Shown here: positions 1 through 8,552 of the stretch, piece by piece | Layout: every line of letters starts with the position of its first letter | Position numbering within the stretch: position 1 is the first letter of the stretch | Assembly (NCBI GenBank): GCA_964619725.1 | Contig: CAZUFC010000036.1 | Coordinates: forward strand, 1-12,153 | DNA length: 12,153 bases | Reading direction: 5' to 3' | Origin: an uncultured bacterium | GTDB lineage: Bacteria > CSSED10-310 > CAZUFC01 | Notes under the pieces: generated by a model | The model's database searches: none | What the model was told of the DNA's origin: nothing | What the model saw: only the letters and a program-made list of their open reading frames with translations | Program-made: the position numbers and the translations under genes

Positions 1-87
1 GTTGTCTTTGGGCTGGTTGGGGGTATAGTTGGGTTGTCTTTGGGCTGGTTGGGGGTATAGTTGGGTTGTCTTTGGGCTGGTTGGGGG
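1..87. repeat. 32-bp G-rich tandem repeat, 2.7 copies, possibly truncated by the window edge
   Basis: Unit GTTGTCTTTGGGCTGGTTGGGGGTATAGTTGG occurs exactly at 1-32 and 33-64, and its first 23 nt recur at 65-87. There are no spacers. Confidence 0.95.
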
Positions 88-170
88 AATCACCTCCTTT
101 ACATATCCTGACATTGATCGGTAAAATTTTTGAACCGTTTAAACAACACACAACCAGATTAAAAATTTTT

Positions 171-231
171 GGGACTGATCAAACCGGGGTTTCACTTCTT
201 TCACTGATCAAAAATGAGGGACTGATCAAAA
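171..231. repeat. Three direct repeats of ACTGATCAAA (possible protein-binding sites)
   Basis: ACTGATCAAA at 174-183, 203-212 and 221-230. The first and third extend to GGGACTGATCAAA. Confidence 0.8.
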
Positions 232-254
232 CGTGGTTACAATTTTTTCAAAAC

Positions 255-401
255 ATTTGACAGTTTGTTTAAGTAATCGGGGGCGGTATCGGGATCGGTA
301 TCGGGTTCGCAATCGCAATCGAAATCCAAATCGAAATCGAAAAAAAATGATGGGATATTCCGCAGAATTGTAACCTCAATAGACGAATTTTCGATCAATG
401 C
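255..401 (+). repeat. Left copy of a long imperfect inverted repeat containing an (ATCGNN)x11 hexamer array
   Basis: Aligns with the reverse complement of 12018-12153. The hexamer array lies at 276-341. The unique part 342-401 matches at about 50 of 61 positions by hand count. Confidence 0.88.
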
Positions 402-460
402 CGAAAATTTAAACATGCAAGAGTAGAAAGGACGAGTGTTTTATTTACCTTTATGAGCGA

Positions 461-1873
461 TTATCCTCGAAGAACAGCCAGTGCGCCTTTAATCATGGTC
501 AGCGGTTTTATGGTGCGCCGTTTCAGATGTCTCAGGATCAGACGCGGTCTGGCATAGAAACGGAAAACAGCTTGATTTTGAATTTTAATCAGTTCTCGGT
601 CAGTCATATTTTCGGGTGTGAACAGCAATTTATCTTTCTTGTCTGCAGCATGCCAGCTTGAGAAGTATTCCGGTTTTTCCAGGGCTTTCTTTCTGACTTT
701 GATCTGCTCGAACAGTTTCGATCCGGGATAAGGTACGACGCGATTGAATTTGGCGAAGTCACAGTCGAGTTTTAAACTGAATTCAATCGTTTCTTGGCAT
801 GTTTTAACGGTATCTCCCGGAAGTCCCAGCATAAAAAAGCCCAGGCTGACGATTCCCGCTTTTTTGGTCGCTTGCATGGCGTTGTATGCCGCTTTTCTGC
901 TCAAGGGCTTACCGGCTCGCTTCATCACAGACTCGTTTCCCGATTCAAAGCCGTACATGATAAGCCTGAGTCCTGCCTCTTTCATTCTGGCCAGCAATTC
1001 GTAGTCGACCAGGTCCACTCTTGATTCGGTCAACCAGGTCATTTTGTTATGCAATTTTCTTCGGATAAGTTCGTCAGCGATATTAAATCCCTCTTGTCTG
1101 CTGACGGGAAATACCGAATCAACGAAACCGAAATGATTCACTCCGAATCGTTCATGCAACATTTCCGCCTCGTCGACAGCCTTCTCCACGCTTCTTTTCC
1201 TGAATGTCGGGAACATGACGTTCTGCGAGCAGAAGGAGCAGCGGTAGGGACAGCCTCTGGAAGCGGAAACCGGCATGATGACGCCGTTGAAAGAGAGCAT
1301 GGGCGCTGCTTTGTAATGCTTGAGATTCAGCAGGTCCCAGGCTGGAAAGGGCAAGGCGTCCAAATCGTCAACAGGATCGGCATCGCCTGTATAAAAAATG
1401 TTGCCGTTTTTGATGCAGGAAAGACCTTTTACTTTTTCGATGTCCAGGTTTTTCTCAAGAGCGTTCGCCAGTTCCGCCAGAATATATTCTCCTTCGCCGT
1501 GCACTATGAAATCGGCGGCTCCCTGATTAAGCAACTCTTGAGAAAAGTATGCGGCATGAATATTTCCCAGGACGACTTTCAATTTACTGTTTATCTTTCG
1601 TATTTCTGATACGGCATGAACGACGGCCGGCATGGCGGGAGTCAGGCAGGAAAAACCCACCAGATCAGGATCGTTTTTCATTATTTCGTCGACCAGCGTT
1701 TGAGTATCAGACTTATCGGCATACTGGTCGATTATAGATACTTGATGTCCTCTCATTCTCAGGACTGCGGCTATCGAGGCCAAACCGAGCGGTGCGACGG
1801 GAGTCATGAAAGGCCGGAAACGTCCCAGCACTTTTCGCAAATCCGCTCCTGGATTAACCAAGACAATTCTCAT
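461..1873 (-). CDS. Cobalamin-dependent (class B) radical SAM enzyme, probable methyltransferase, 470 aa
   Basis: N-terminal B12-binding-domain hallmarks (APLGLASIAAVL, GNIHA, GEGE), SRGCPYRCSFC CxxxCxxC motif, ESRVD, GFESG and FMLGLPGDT. ATG lies 1 nt after the upstream stop. Confidence 0.92.
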   Translation of the reverse strand: MRIVLVNPGADLRKVLGRFRPFMTPVAPLGLASIAAVLRMRGHQVSIIDQYADKSDTQTLVDEIMKNDPDLVGFSCLTPAMPAVVHAVSEIRKINSKLKVVLGNIHAAYFSQELLNQGAADFIVHGEGEYILAELANALEKNLDIEKVKGLSCIKNGNIFYTGDADPVDDLDALPFPAWDLLNLKHYKAAPMLSFNGVIMPVSASRGCPYRCSFCSQNVMFPTFRKRSVEKAVDEAEMLHERFGVNHFGFVDSVFPVSRQEGFNIADELIRRKLHNKMTWLTESRVDLVDYELLARMKEAGLRLIMYGFESGNESVMKRAGKPLSRKAAYNAMQATKKAGIVSLGFFMLGLPGDTVKTCQETIEFSLKLDCDFAKFNRVVPYPGSKLFEQIKVRKKALEKPEYFSSWHAADKKDKLLFTPENMTDRELIKIQNQAVFRFYARPRLILRHLKRRTIKPLTMIKGALAVLRG

Positions 1874-1874
1874 A

Positions 1875-2675
1875 TCAGACCTTCACAGCGCTGAAAACGA
1901 TGTCGAAATCGCCGCAACGGGAATCGAACGACCTTGCAGCGGCCTGCTCCGTCCTGAATCCATGTTTTTCGAGCAAATATTCCAGTTCGCAGCGTCCCAC
2001 CATTCGTTCCTTCCATTCCAGCACAACAGACCCGGCCGGCGTTCCCCGTTCAGACAAAAACTCAAACGTTAATCTCATCTGGATCGTCTGCTGAAAATAA
2101 TCGATATCGAGGACCCGGGATCGGGCGATAAATGAGCCTTCATTTTCAGGATGCGTGACTTTTACGGGGTGATGCTGGAAGGATTGCACGGCTTTCGGAG
2201 TGAGTATGTTCAGTAAAAATATGCCTCCCGGTTTCAAGGCGCGTCGAACGCCCTGAAGCAACTGAGATTGCTGTTTTTGTCCGGCGAGCAAATGAAAGGT
2301 GGCGCCCAGACAGACTGCCAGGTCAAAGGATTCCTTAAAGGGTAAAAACAGAAAATCCCCCTGTATGAGAGCGGCATTCTTTTTGACGCTGGGCGGCAAT
2401 TTTTGACAGGCGGCATCGGCATACCTCAGCAACTGTTCAGATATATCCAATCCGGCGCTGAATACATTGCGTTTCGCAGTCTCAAACAGAACCCGCCCGT
2501 AACCGCAACCCAACTCCAGCATTCGTGTTCCTGGCCGGCAATGATTCAAAACTGCAAGCACATCAACATCTTCTGAACCTGCCCCAGCTTCCTGCATCAT
2601 CATGGCTCGCCACAGGTCTCCATAGCATTCGTAAAGCCTGTTGTTTTCGTATTTCGGTTTTTTATTGGCGTTCAC
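1875..2675 (-). CDS. Class I SAM-dependent methyltransferase, 266 aa (start uncertain)
   Basis: Motif I LELGCGYGR, GLDIS, QGDF, FDLAVC and LKPGGIF. GTG start with a weak RBS. Confidence 0.9.
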   Translation of the reverse strand: MNANKKPKYENNRLYECYGDLWRAMMMQEAGAGSEDVDVLAVLNHCRPGTRMLELGCGYGRVLFETAKRNVFSAGLDISEQLLRYADAACQKLPPSVKKNAALIQGDFLFLPFKESFDLAVCLGATFHLLAGQKQQSQLLQGVRRALKPGGIFLLNILTPKAVQSFQHHPVKVTHPENEGSFIARSRVLDIDYFQQTIQMRLTFEFLSERGTPAGSVVLEWKERMVGRCELEYLLEKHGFRTEQAAARSFDSRCGDFDIVFSAVKV

Positions 2676-2707
2676 TTCTTCGATTCAGTCCATTCTGCTG
2701 CAGAAAA

Positions 2708-3958
2708 TTACCTTCCGACCAGGAACCTTCTGTAACGCGTCACTTTATAAAATATTTCCGCAATTTCGTCCATCTCTTCGATCGTTCCATTAAGCGCCGG
2801 GTGAGGCAAAAACAGGGTTCTTTTGCAGTAATCTTCGGCGACCGGGCATTCCATTTTCGTAAAATCGTGCTGTCTTTTCTGAAAGGGACAACTGACGGGA
2901 CATTCCTGTTTATCGAACATGCGATTCAGAAAGACAGGATTCTTGTAGACGGGATGCGGATATCCGGGAGCTGCAGGAACGCCTTCAGCGGTTAAGGCTT
3001 TAGCGACAGTCTCCGGCCTGGTTCCCGCGAATTTATTCAGGTCGATCAGCAGGACGAAAGCTGCAACAGCGCTGCGAAAGCCGGGCTTTGAGGCCGGTAA
3101 GGCTTTCCATCCCGGTATTTCTTTTATTTTTTGTCTCAGGTGATCGACGTTTTTTAACCTGTTTTCAATCATACCCGGCAGGCGGTCCAACTGATGATGA
3201 ACCATGGCCGCCTGGAATTCAGTCATCCGGTAGTTGGCGCCGGGGATATAATGAATAAAAGGATGACCGCCGGGTTTACGCCCGTAGTCTATGAGGGCTG
3301 CAGCTCTCTGATAGGTTTCAGAAGAATCCGTAACGATAAGGCCGCCTTCTCCCGCGGACAAAATTTTTCCTTCTGTGAAACTGAACACGCCGGCATGTCC
3401 GAAAGCGCCGGCGGTTTTATCCGATATTTCAGCGAAAGGAGCCTGAGCGCAATCCTCTATGACTTTGATGCCATATTCTTCGGCAATATTTTTTATTCTG
3501 GGCATATCGGCAGGATTTCCCCAAAGATGCACAGGAATAATCGCTTTTGAAGCCTCGGTGACGACACGCGGAATATCGTCGGGATCGATACAGTAAGTTT
3601 CCGGATCGATATCAGCGAACACGGGAACGGCATTGGCTTTCAGAACAGCTCCGGCGGTGGAATAAAATGTCGCCGCCGGCACAATAACTTCATCACCGGG
3701 GCCAATGCGCAAAGCATTCAAGGCCGTTTCCAGTCCTGCGCTGCCGCTTGAAACCGCCAGAGCATGCTTGCTCCCCGTCATGTCGGCAAAAGCCTGTTCC
3801 AGCCGAGCCGTCTTATCTCCTCTGGTCCATCTTGCTGAAGCAGCTATTTCCTTGATTTCTTGCGATAAATAAGACGGATCGACCAATGGAGTCCTTCCGG
3901 GACAGACCCTTATCCGGGGACCGCCGAATAACGCCAGCGGGTTCTTTCCTGTCGGCAT
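2708..3958 (-). CDS. DegT/DnrJ/EryC1/StrS-family PLP-dependent aminotransferase, 416 aa
   Basis: GPGDEVIVPAATF, PVFADID, IIPVHLWG, IEDCAQA, catalytic Lys in SFTEGKILSAGEGG, NYRMTEFQAA. Start re-placed at ATG 3958 (MPTGK), preceded by AGGAAGG and 1 nt after the upstream stop, instead of 4003. Confidence 0.93.
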   Translation of the reverse strand: MPTGKNPLALFGGPRIRVCPGRTPLVDPSYLSQEIKEIAASARWTRGDKTARLEQAFADMTGSKHALAVSSGSAGLETALNALRIGPGDEVIVPAATFYSTAGAVLKANAVPVFADIDPETYCIDPDDIPRVVTEASKAIIPVHLWGNPADMPRIKNIAEEYGIKVIEDCAQAPFAEISDKTAGAFGHAGVFSFTEGKILSAGEGGLIVTDSSETYQRAAALIDYGRKPGGHPFIHYIPGANYRMTEFQAAMVHHQLDRLPGMIENRLKNVDHLRQKIKEIPGWKALPASKPGFRSAVAAFVLLIDLNKFAGTRPETVAKALTAEGVPAAPGYPHPVYKNPVFLNRMFDKQECPVSCPFQKRQHDFTKMECPVAEDYCKRTLFLPHPALNGTIEEMDEIAEIFYKVTRYRRFLVGR

Positions 3959-3959
3959 A

Positions 3960-5273
3960 TTAACCTTCCTCTTTTGCGCCCAATCGCGACGCAGTTTCCA
4001 CAAACAAAGACCGCAAAAAATCGGCGTTGAATCCCTCGCCTTCCATTACCGGATTAAAATAACAGTATTTGTCCCAGTCATAGTGCAAAATATTCAATCC
4101 CATCTCCCGGCTCCGGCAAAACTGCGCCGTCCCTGGAAAGGGCGTGTTCAACCTAAGACAAATCTGAACGCCGTAAAGGTTCTTTAACCTCTCCGCATAG
4201 GCAATGGTCTTCTGCATCGTCGCATGCGTATCGCCGGGCAAACCCAACATGAAATAACAAAATACCGTTATTCCTGCATCTTTCAACAGATTTATTGCCG
4301 GTTCGACATCCTTCAATCTTAACTTCTTATTAATTCCCTCCAGAATATCCTGATCGCCGCTTTCTATGCCTATCTTTACCTTACGGCAACCTGCCACAGC
4401 CATTAATTCAATCAGTTCGGCGTCCAGAGCATCTATCCGGGTCTGACATTCCCAGGTCACATCTTCCAGATTCTCCGACATCAACTTAAGCAACATTATC
4501 GTTTTTCTCCTGTCATACGAGAAAAACTGATCATAAAAAGTGAAATGCTTCACGCCCTCACGACATAAATACACTATCTCCGAAAAAATGTTATCCGAAC
4601 TCCGGGAACGGATGCCTGATCCGAACATTTCCCTGGAGCAGCAAAACACGCATCGATGAAGGCATCCCCGGCTCCCCGTCAATGCCCCTGAATGACGATA
4701 ATGACCCACAGCAATCAATTCTCTGGCCGGTAAAGGCATCGAATCTAAATTTCGGACGCCTCGCTTTGCAGATTCTATAACCATTTTTCCATCATTATTA
4801 CTGTATGCCAGTCCGGGAATTTTGAATCCTGCCTCTTTCGCCTTGCCGCATCTCATGAGTTCCAGCAGCTCAATTAAACTCGAATCAGCCTCTCCGGCCA
4901 GAACGTAATCCGCTGTTCCCGGTTCGAGAAATTCTTCTGCGCAGAACGTCGTATGAACTCCTCCCGCCACGATCACGGCATTCGTCGATTTTCTTATTTC
5001 TTTTATGACATCCCTGGCCCGGCACGCGGTTTCGGTGTGTACGCTTATGCCGGCAACCCACGGATTTATTGTTCGTATTTTTTCTGTGAAATCCCGGCGA
5101 CTGACGTCCCGGTTTATCATGTCCATGACATGAGGTTCATAACCGTGCATACGCAACCTTGAAGCCAGGTAGAGCAACCCCAGGGGCGGCGAAGAGTGTA
5201 TTCCGTCCCGGCGATAAGCCAAATCGTAGAATTTCCTTAATGGCGGCTGTATCAGTAATACACGTTCTTTCAA
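3960..5273 (-). CDS. Cobalamin-dependent (class B) radical SAM enzyme, 437 aa
   Basis: PPLGLLYLASRL, GGVHTT, GEAD, SRGCLHRCVFC, TRID, GIESG and FMLGLPGDT. TTG start with GAGGA upstream. Confidence 0.92.
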   Translation of the reverse strand: MKERVLLIQPPLRKFYDLAYRRDGIHSSPPLGLLYLASRLRMHGYEPHVMDMINRDVSRRDFTEKIRTINPWVAGISVHTETACRARDVIKEIRKSTNAVIVAGGVHTTFCAEEFLEPGTADYVLAGEADSSLIELLELMRCGKAKEAGFKIPGLAYSNNDGKMVIESAKRGVRNLDSMPLPARELIAVGHYRHSGALTGSRGCLHRCVFCCSREMFGSGIRSRSSDNIFSEIVYLCREGVKHFTFYDQFFSYDRRKTIMLLKLMSENLEDVTWECQTRIDALDAELIELMAVAGCRKVKIGIESGDQDILEGINKKLRLKDVEPAINLLKDAGITVFCYFMLGLPGDTHATMQKTIAYAERLKNLYGVQICLRLNTPFPGTAQFCRSREMGLNILHYDWDKYCYFNPVMEGEGFNADFLRSLFVETASRLGAKEEG

Positions 5274-5276
5274 CGA

Positions 5277-5594
5277 TTAATCTTCCTCGGAAAATGTGGC
5301 CGTTTCAAAAGATATAAGCCTTATTTTCAATAAAGCATCCAGAAATTCAAAAACATGACATTGCAATTCCTCATCCGTCACCTTTTCGTCTTTATACCGT
5401 TCGATCACCTTATCCACGATATCGCCGACAGTATTCGATTCATCGATCATTTCCCATATTTCCGCTGCAGTATGATTCAATCGTTGCTCCATTTCACCGA
5501 ATATGATTATGGAACCGTCATCTTCTTTTTTCCACAGGAACGTTTCTTTTCTGGGCGTCTTTTTCAGCCATTCATTAAGAGCGGAATCTTCCAT
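5277..5594 (-). CDS. Stand-alone PqqD-family RiPP recognition element (RRE), 105 aa
   Basis: Short beta-strands followed by LNHTAAEIWEMIDESNTVGDIVDKVIERY...VFEFLDALLKIRLI, the typical PqqD pattern. GAGGA RBS 5 nt before the ATG. Confidence 0.9.
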   Translation of the reverse strand: MEDSALNEWLKKTPRKETFLWKKEDDGSIIIFGEMEQRLNHTAAEIWEMIDESNTVGDIVDKVIERYKDEKVTDEELQCHVFEFLDALLKIRLISFETATFSEED

Positions 5595-5595
5595 T

Positions 5596-5814
5596 TTAAT
5601 CCTCGCTTGCCTTAACGGGTATAATTTCTTTTATTTCTTTTAACGGACACCAGACAGAGAATCCCGTATCCCGGTCCAATTGCACCAGGATGCCTTCTTC
5701 GGAAGTTCCGGGATGATCGTGAAAACCGTACAGAATACCCGAAAACGACCCGTTCCGCTCTGTTCTTAACAGAATCCTGCTCCCGGCAATTTCCGTTATT
5801 TGGTCCCTGTTCAT
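5596..5814 (-). CDS. Small hypothetical protein, 72 aa, possible Sm/LSm-like beta-barrel
   Basis: AAAGGA RBS 7 nt upstream. It fills the gap between its neighbours (12 nt and 1 nt). The segment GSRILLRTERNGSFSGILYGF resembles the Sm1 pattern. Confidence 0.8.
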   Translation of the reverse strand: MNRDQITEIAGSRILLRTERNGSFSGILYGFHDHPGTSEEGILVQLDRDTGFSVWCPLKEIKEIIPVKASED

Positions 5815-5826
5815 CCCCGTTTCCTT

Positions 5827-7707
5827 TCAAGCGCCTTCGGGCAATCCTGTCATCATGGTCCGTGCTGTTCTGTCCGCACTGTCATCACTGAGCGGCGAGG
5901 TTTGGAATTCAGGCGTCCTGGATATCATCGGCGCTATTATTTTTCTTCGGATTCTTTCAGCTTTTCCGGCTGCATGCTGACCGGCGGCATCGCTGATAAT
6001 TTCATCCCAGCTTCTGTAGTTCAGTTCGCTCATCAGTTCAAAAGCCTCTTCATCTACGGATGTCAGTTTCGAGTTAAAAAGGTCAAAGACAAAATAACCG
6101 TTTTTCCATTTAAAAGGAAATATTTTCAGGCTTTTCGGACCTATTGTTTTTGTAAGCCGGTCCTGCCAGCGATTCAAAAAATCGTCAGCAGCCTTAAAAC
6201 GTTTTTCGAATTTTCTTACCGCTTCACGTAAGGAATAGAATCCCGGAACAGAATGCTCCGTCAAACCGATCAATTCTTCCAGGAAGTCCACTTCAGCCTC
6301 ATTCAACATACTAGTCAGAAAATGAAATTGATTGATCGCCTGCCTGGTGCGGGCCTTTCCTATTATATTTCTCCAGGGAATTGCATCAACTTCGATTCTT
6401 CTGGCCCGTCTAACGAAATTATGCATATATATTTTAGCGATAACGACCAGGCAATGGAAAACAAAAGCGATTCTCTCGTCTTTGAATCGGAAATGATATA
6501 AAAAACCCTCGCGAAAAAGGACTCCCGCCTTCTTCAAATCATCCATAACAGGCACATTGGAAAAGAGATAAAGGAAATTGGCGACGGTGACCAGGACGCT
6601 TTTTTTCCTTATTCTCTCCTTGTAGAAGTTCACAGTGGCTTTTAATTCCTGGAACGTCGTAAAAGGATCGAAAGCGATGTAGCCGATGGCTGAATTCACC
6701 TGAAGACTATCCAGTATTTCCAGGGCTTTTTCATTATCCCTGACGGTTTGTCCTTTTCTGTACATCCTGAGTTGACGGGGATTAACGGATTCTATGCCCA
6801 GGAATACGGATTGCAGTCCCACCTTTTTGAGCGTTTCGATTGTTTTGTAATCCACCTGGGAAGCCCTCACCGGCAGATTTATCTTCACCGGTATTTTTAA
6901 CTTCGTCATGGCCCTGTAAAGATCGTAGATGCGTTCTTTGGACTCTTTTCCAGGTACAATGAAATTATCGTCCACAAAACTGATGACGTTCAATTCGGGA
7001 AACCGGTCAAGCAATATGTTCATTTCAGCAACGATATTTTCGGCGCTGCGCGTTCTCCATATGCTGCCGGGAGAAGCGCCGTAGAATTTTCGTATGGCGC
7101 AGAATGCGCATCGCGCCGTGCAGCCTCTATCGGTCAACAGCGATATCTGCTCCCGCCCCAGGATCGTCCGTCTTGCATTCGGACGCAAAGGAAACGGCAG
7201 TTCATCCAGGTTTTCGATAAGAGGAGTCGGCGGATTGATCGTTATGTTTGACCCGTCGCGGTAAGCGATGCCGGAAACGCTGCGATGATTTTCCCCGCGA
7301 CGCAATTTTTCCATCAATTCCTTTATCGTTCTTTCACCCTCGCCGTACACGACGATATCGACGGAAGCCGCTTTTTCCATAAGTTCCCGAATGTTTCCCG
7401 TGGGTCCGTATCCTCCCATTATTATCACGCCTTCGTATCCTTGGCGTCGAATCTTCTCCGATATTTCAACCACGCAATCCAGGGATTGATCCAACGCCGT
7501 GAATCCCACGGCGCCCGGCGACAGTTCGCAGATCAACCGGATCGTCTGGTCCCGGCTCAGCTCATTCATTATCATGTTTACTATCAGCGTATCGAATCCC
7601 GCCTCCTCTAAAACCGCAGCCAGATATCCCACACCCAGATGATCAATGTAATATTCCGGGGTCTCGAATTCCGGTATGACTAAAATGATGTCGGAAACTG
7701 GTTTCAT
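5827..7707 (-). CDS. Cobalamin-dependent radical SAM enzyme with C-terminal extension (probable RRE), 626 aa
   Basis: HLGVGYLAAVL, GGYGPT, GEGE, RGCTARCAFC, FVDDNF and LGIES. Start re-placed at ATG 7707 (MKPVSDIILV), which overlaps the CPBP stop as TGATG. The ORF-track start at 7935 lies inside the upstream gene. Confidence 0.9.
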   Translation of the reverse strand: MKPVSDIILVIPEFETPEYYIDHLGVGYLAAVLEEAGFDTLIVNMIMNELSRDQTIRLICELSPGAVGFTALDQSLDCVVEISEKIRRQGYEGVIIMGGYGPTGNIRELMEKAASVDIVVYGEGERTIKELMEKLRRGENHRSVSGIAYRDGSNITINPPTPLIENLDELPFPLRPNARRTILGREQISLLTDRGCTARCAFCAIRKFYGASPGSIWRTRSAENIVAEMNILLDRFPELNVISFVDDNFIVPGKESKERIYDLYRAMTKLKIPVKINLPVRASQVDYKTIETLKKVGLQSVFLGIESVNPRQLRMYRKGQTVRDNEKALEILDSLQVNSAIGYIAFDPFTTFQELKATVNFYKERIRKKSVLVTVANFLYLFSNVPVMDDLKKAGVLFREGFLYHFRFKDERIAFVFHCLVVIAKIYMHNFVRRARRIEVDAIPWRNIIGKARTRQAINQFHFLTSMLNEAEVDFLEELIGLTEHSVPGFYSLREAVRKFEKRFKAADDFLNRWQDRLTKTIGPKSLKIFPFKWKNGYFVFDLFNSKLTSVDEEAFELMSELNYRSWDEIISDAAGQHAAGKAERIRRKIIAPMISRTPEFQTSPLSDDSADRTARTMMTGLPEGA

Positions 7708-8546
7708 CAGGATAAAAGCGCCCCAAAGAAACGATAATTGTCGATCAGTCCATGCACGGCTATTCCGGGTATTAAACTGCCCGAACGACGATAGACCTTG
7801 CACAGCGACGCATGAAAAATCAATACGGCCATTCCGTAAAAAACCGCATGCCCAACGCCGCCGACCTGAGCCTCTATCAGGACCGTACGCCAATGACTCA
7901 ACAAGTAAACCGCACCCGATAAAACAACAGCCCATCCCCGGGAAAACCTCCCCAAAAACGCAGGAAACAAAAATCCCCGATAATAGAACTCTTCCAGCAA
8001 AGCTATGTAAATAAAACCTCTGAATACTGCAGCCGCTGCGCCTGCTCCGGAAACAGGACGAACAGGAGGCGCCATCCCGGACATGAAAAGGATTCTCAGA
8101 AGCGTCGGAGCGATTCCCAGGAGCGTCAGCAGCAGAAGTCTTTTATCTATGACGAACCCTATATCCTTCAGGCCGGAACGGTCCAGGAGCATACGCCAGA
8201 TGAATGGAACAACGAGCATAATTAGAACCATAATGCTGGGAACCAGCATCGCCCTGGGCCCGGGAATTCCGCTTCCCGCAGGGAAATCCTTTAACAGCAC
8301 GGCCTTTCTTTGAACGGCCGTCAGTATTAAAGGAAGGAAACTGAAAAGCATCAACTCCAGGGGGCTGTATTTTCTTATCTCAATTTTTTTCCTGATTCGA
8401 GGATAAACCACGAAAGTTATGCAAAGGAATCCCAGCATATGCGTGATCGCATAAGGGTCTATAATGATCAGACTTATAACGTAAAGCAAGACGGCGCGGA
8501 ATGGATCGCTGATATAATTTTCAATTCTGGAAAGTATATTTTTCAT
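7707..8546 (-). CDS. CPBP (Abi/type II CAAX) family intramembrane glutamic protease, 279 aa
   Basis: Multiple hydrophobic segments with the family motifs EExxxR (EEFYYRG), F/YxxxH (YLLSH) and HxxxD/N (HGLIDN). Confidence 0.9.
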   Translation of the reverse strand: MKNILSRIENYISDPFRAVLLYVISLIIIDPYAITHMLGFLCITFVVYPRIRKKIEIRKYSPLELMLFSFLPLILTAVQRKAVLLKDFPAGSGIPGPRAMLVPSIMVLIMLVVPFIWRMLLDRSGLKDIGFVIDKRLLLLTLLGIAPTLLRILFMSGMAPPVRPVSGAGAAAAVFRGFIYIALLEEFYYRGFLFPAFLGRFSRGWAVVLSGAVYLLSHWRTVLIEAQVGGVGHAVFYGMAVLIFHASLCKVYRRSGSLIPGIAVHGLIDNYRFFGALLS

Positions 8547-8552
8547 TTCAGG

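Noticed and set aside
1-87. CRISPR array (32-bp repeats)
   Set aside because: The repeats are contiguous with no spacers, and no cas genes are present.
88-100. ATCACCTCCTTT resembling the 3' end of 16S rRNA
   Set aside because: The upstream sequence is a tandem repeat, not the conserved 16S terminal helix.
66-260. 64-aa plus-strand ORF
   Set aside because: TTG start inside the tandem repeat, runs through the direct repeats, and has no recognisable protein features.
2673-2693. In-frame ATG-GAC-TGA just upstream of the methyltransferase GTG (possible readthrough or selenocysteine)
   Set aside because: No well-spaced RBS, no SECIS-like hairpin that I could identify, and the position is outside any catalytic motif. 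Probably chance.
3959-4003. Longer aminotransferase start at 4003
   Set aside because: It overlaps the upstream rSAM. ATG 3958 has a good RBS and a 1-nt gap.
7708-7935. 76-aa Cys-rich N-terminal extension of the 702-aa rSAM ORF
   Set aside because: It lies inside the CPBP gene's catalytic region in another frame. The B12-domain pattern starts at ATG 7707.
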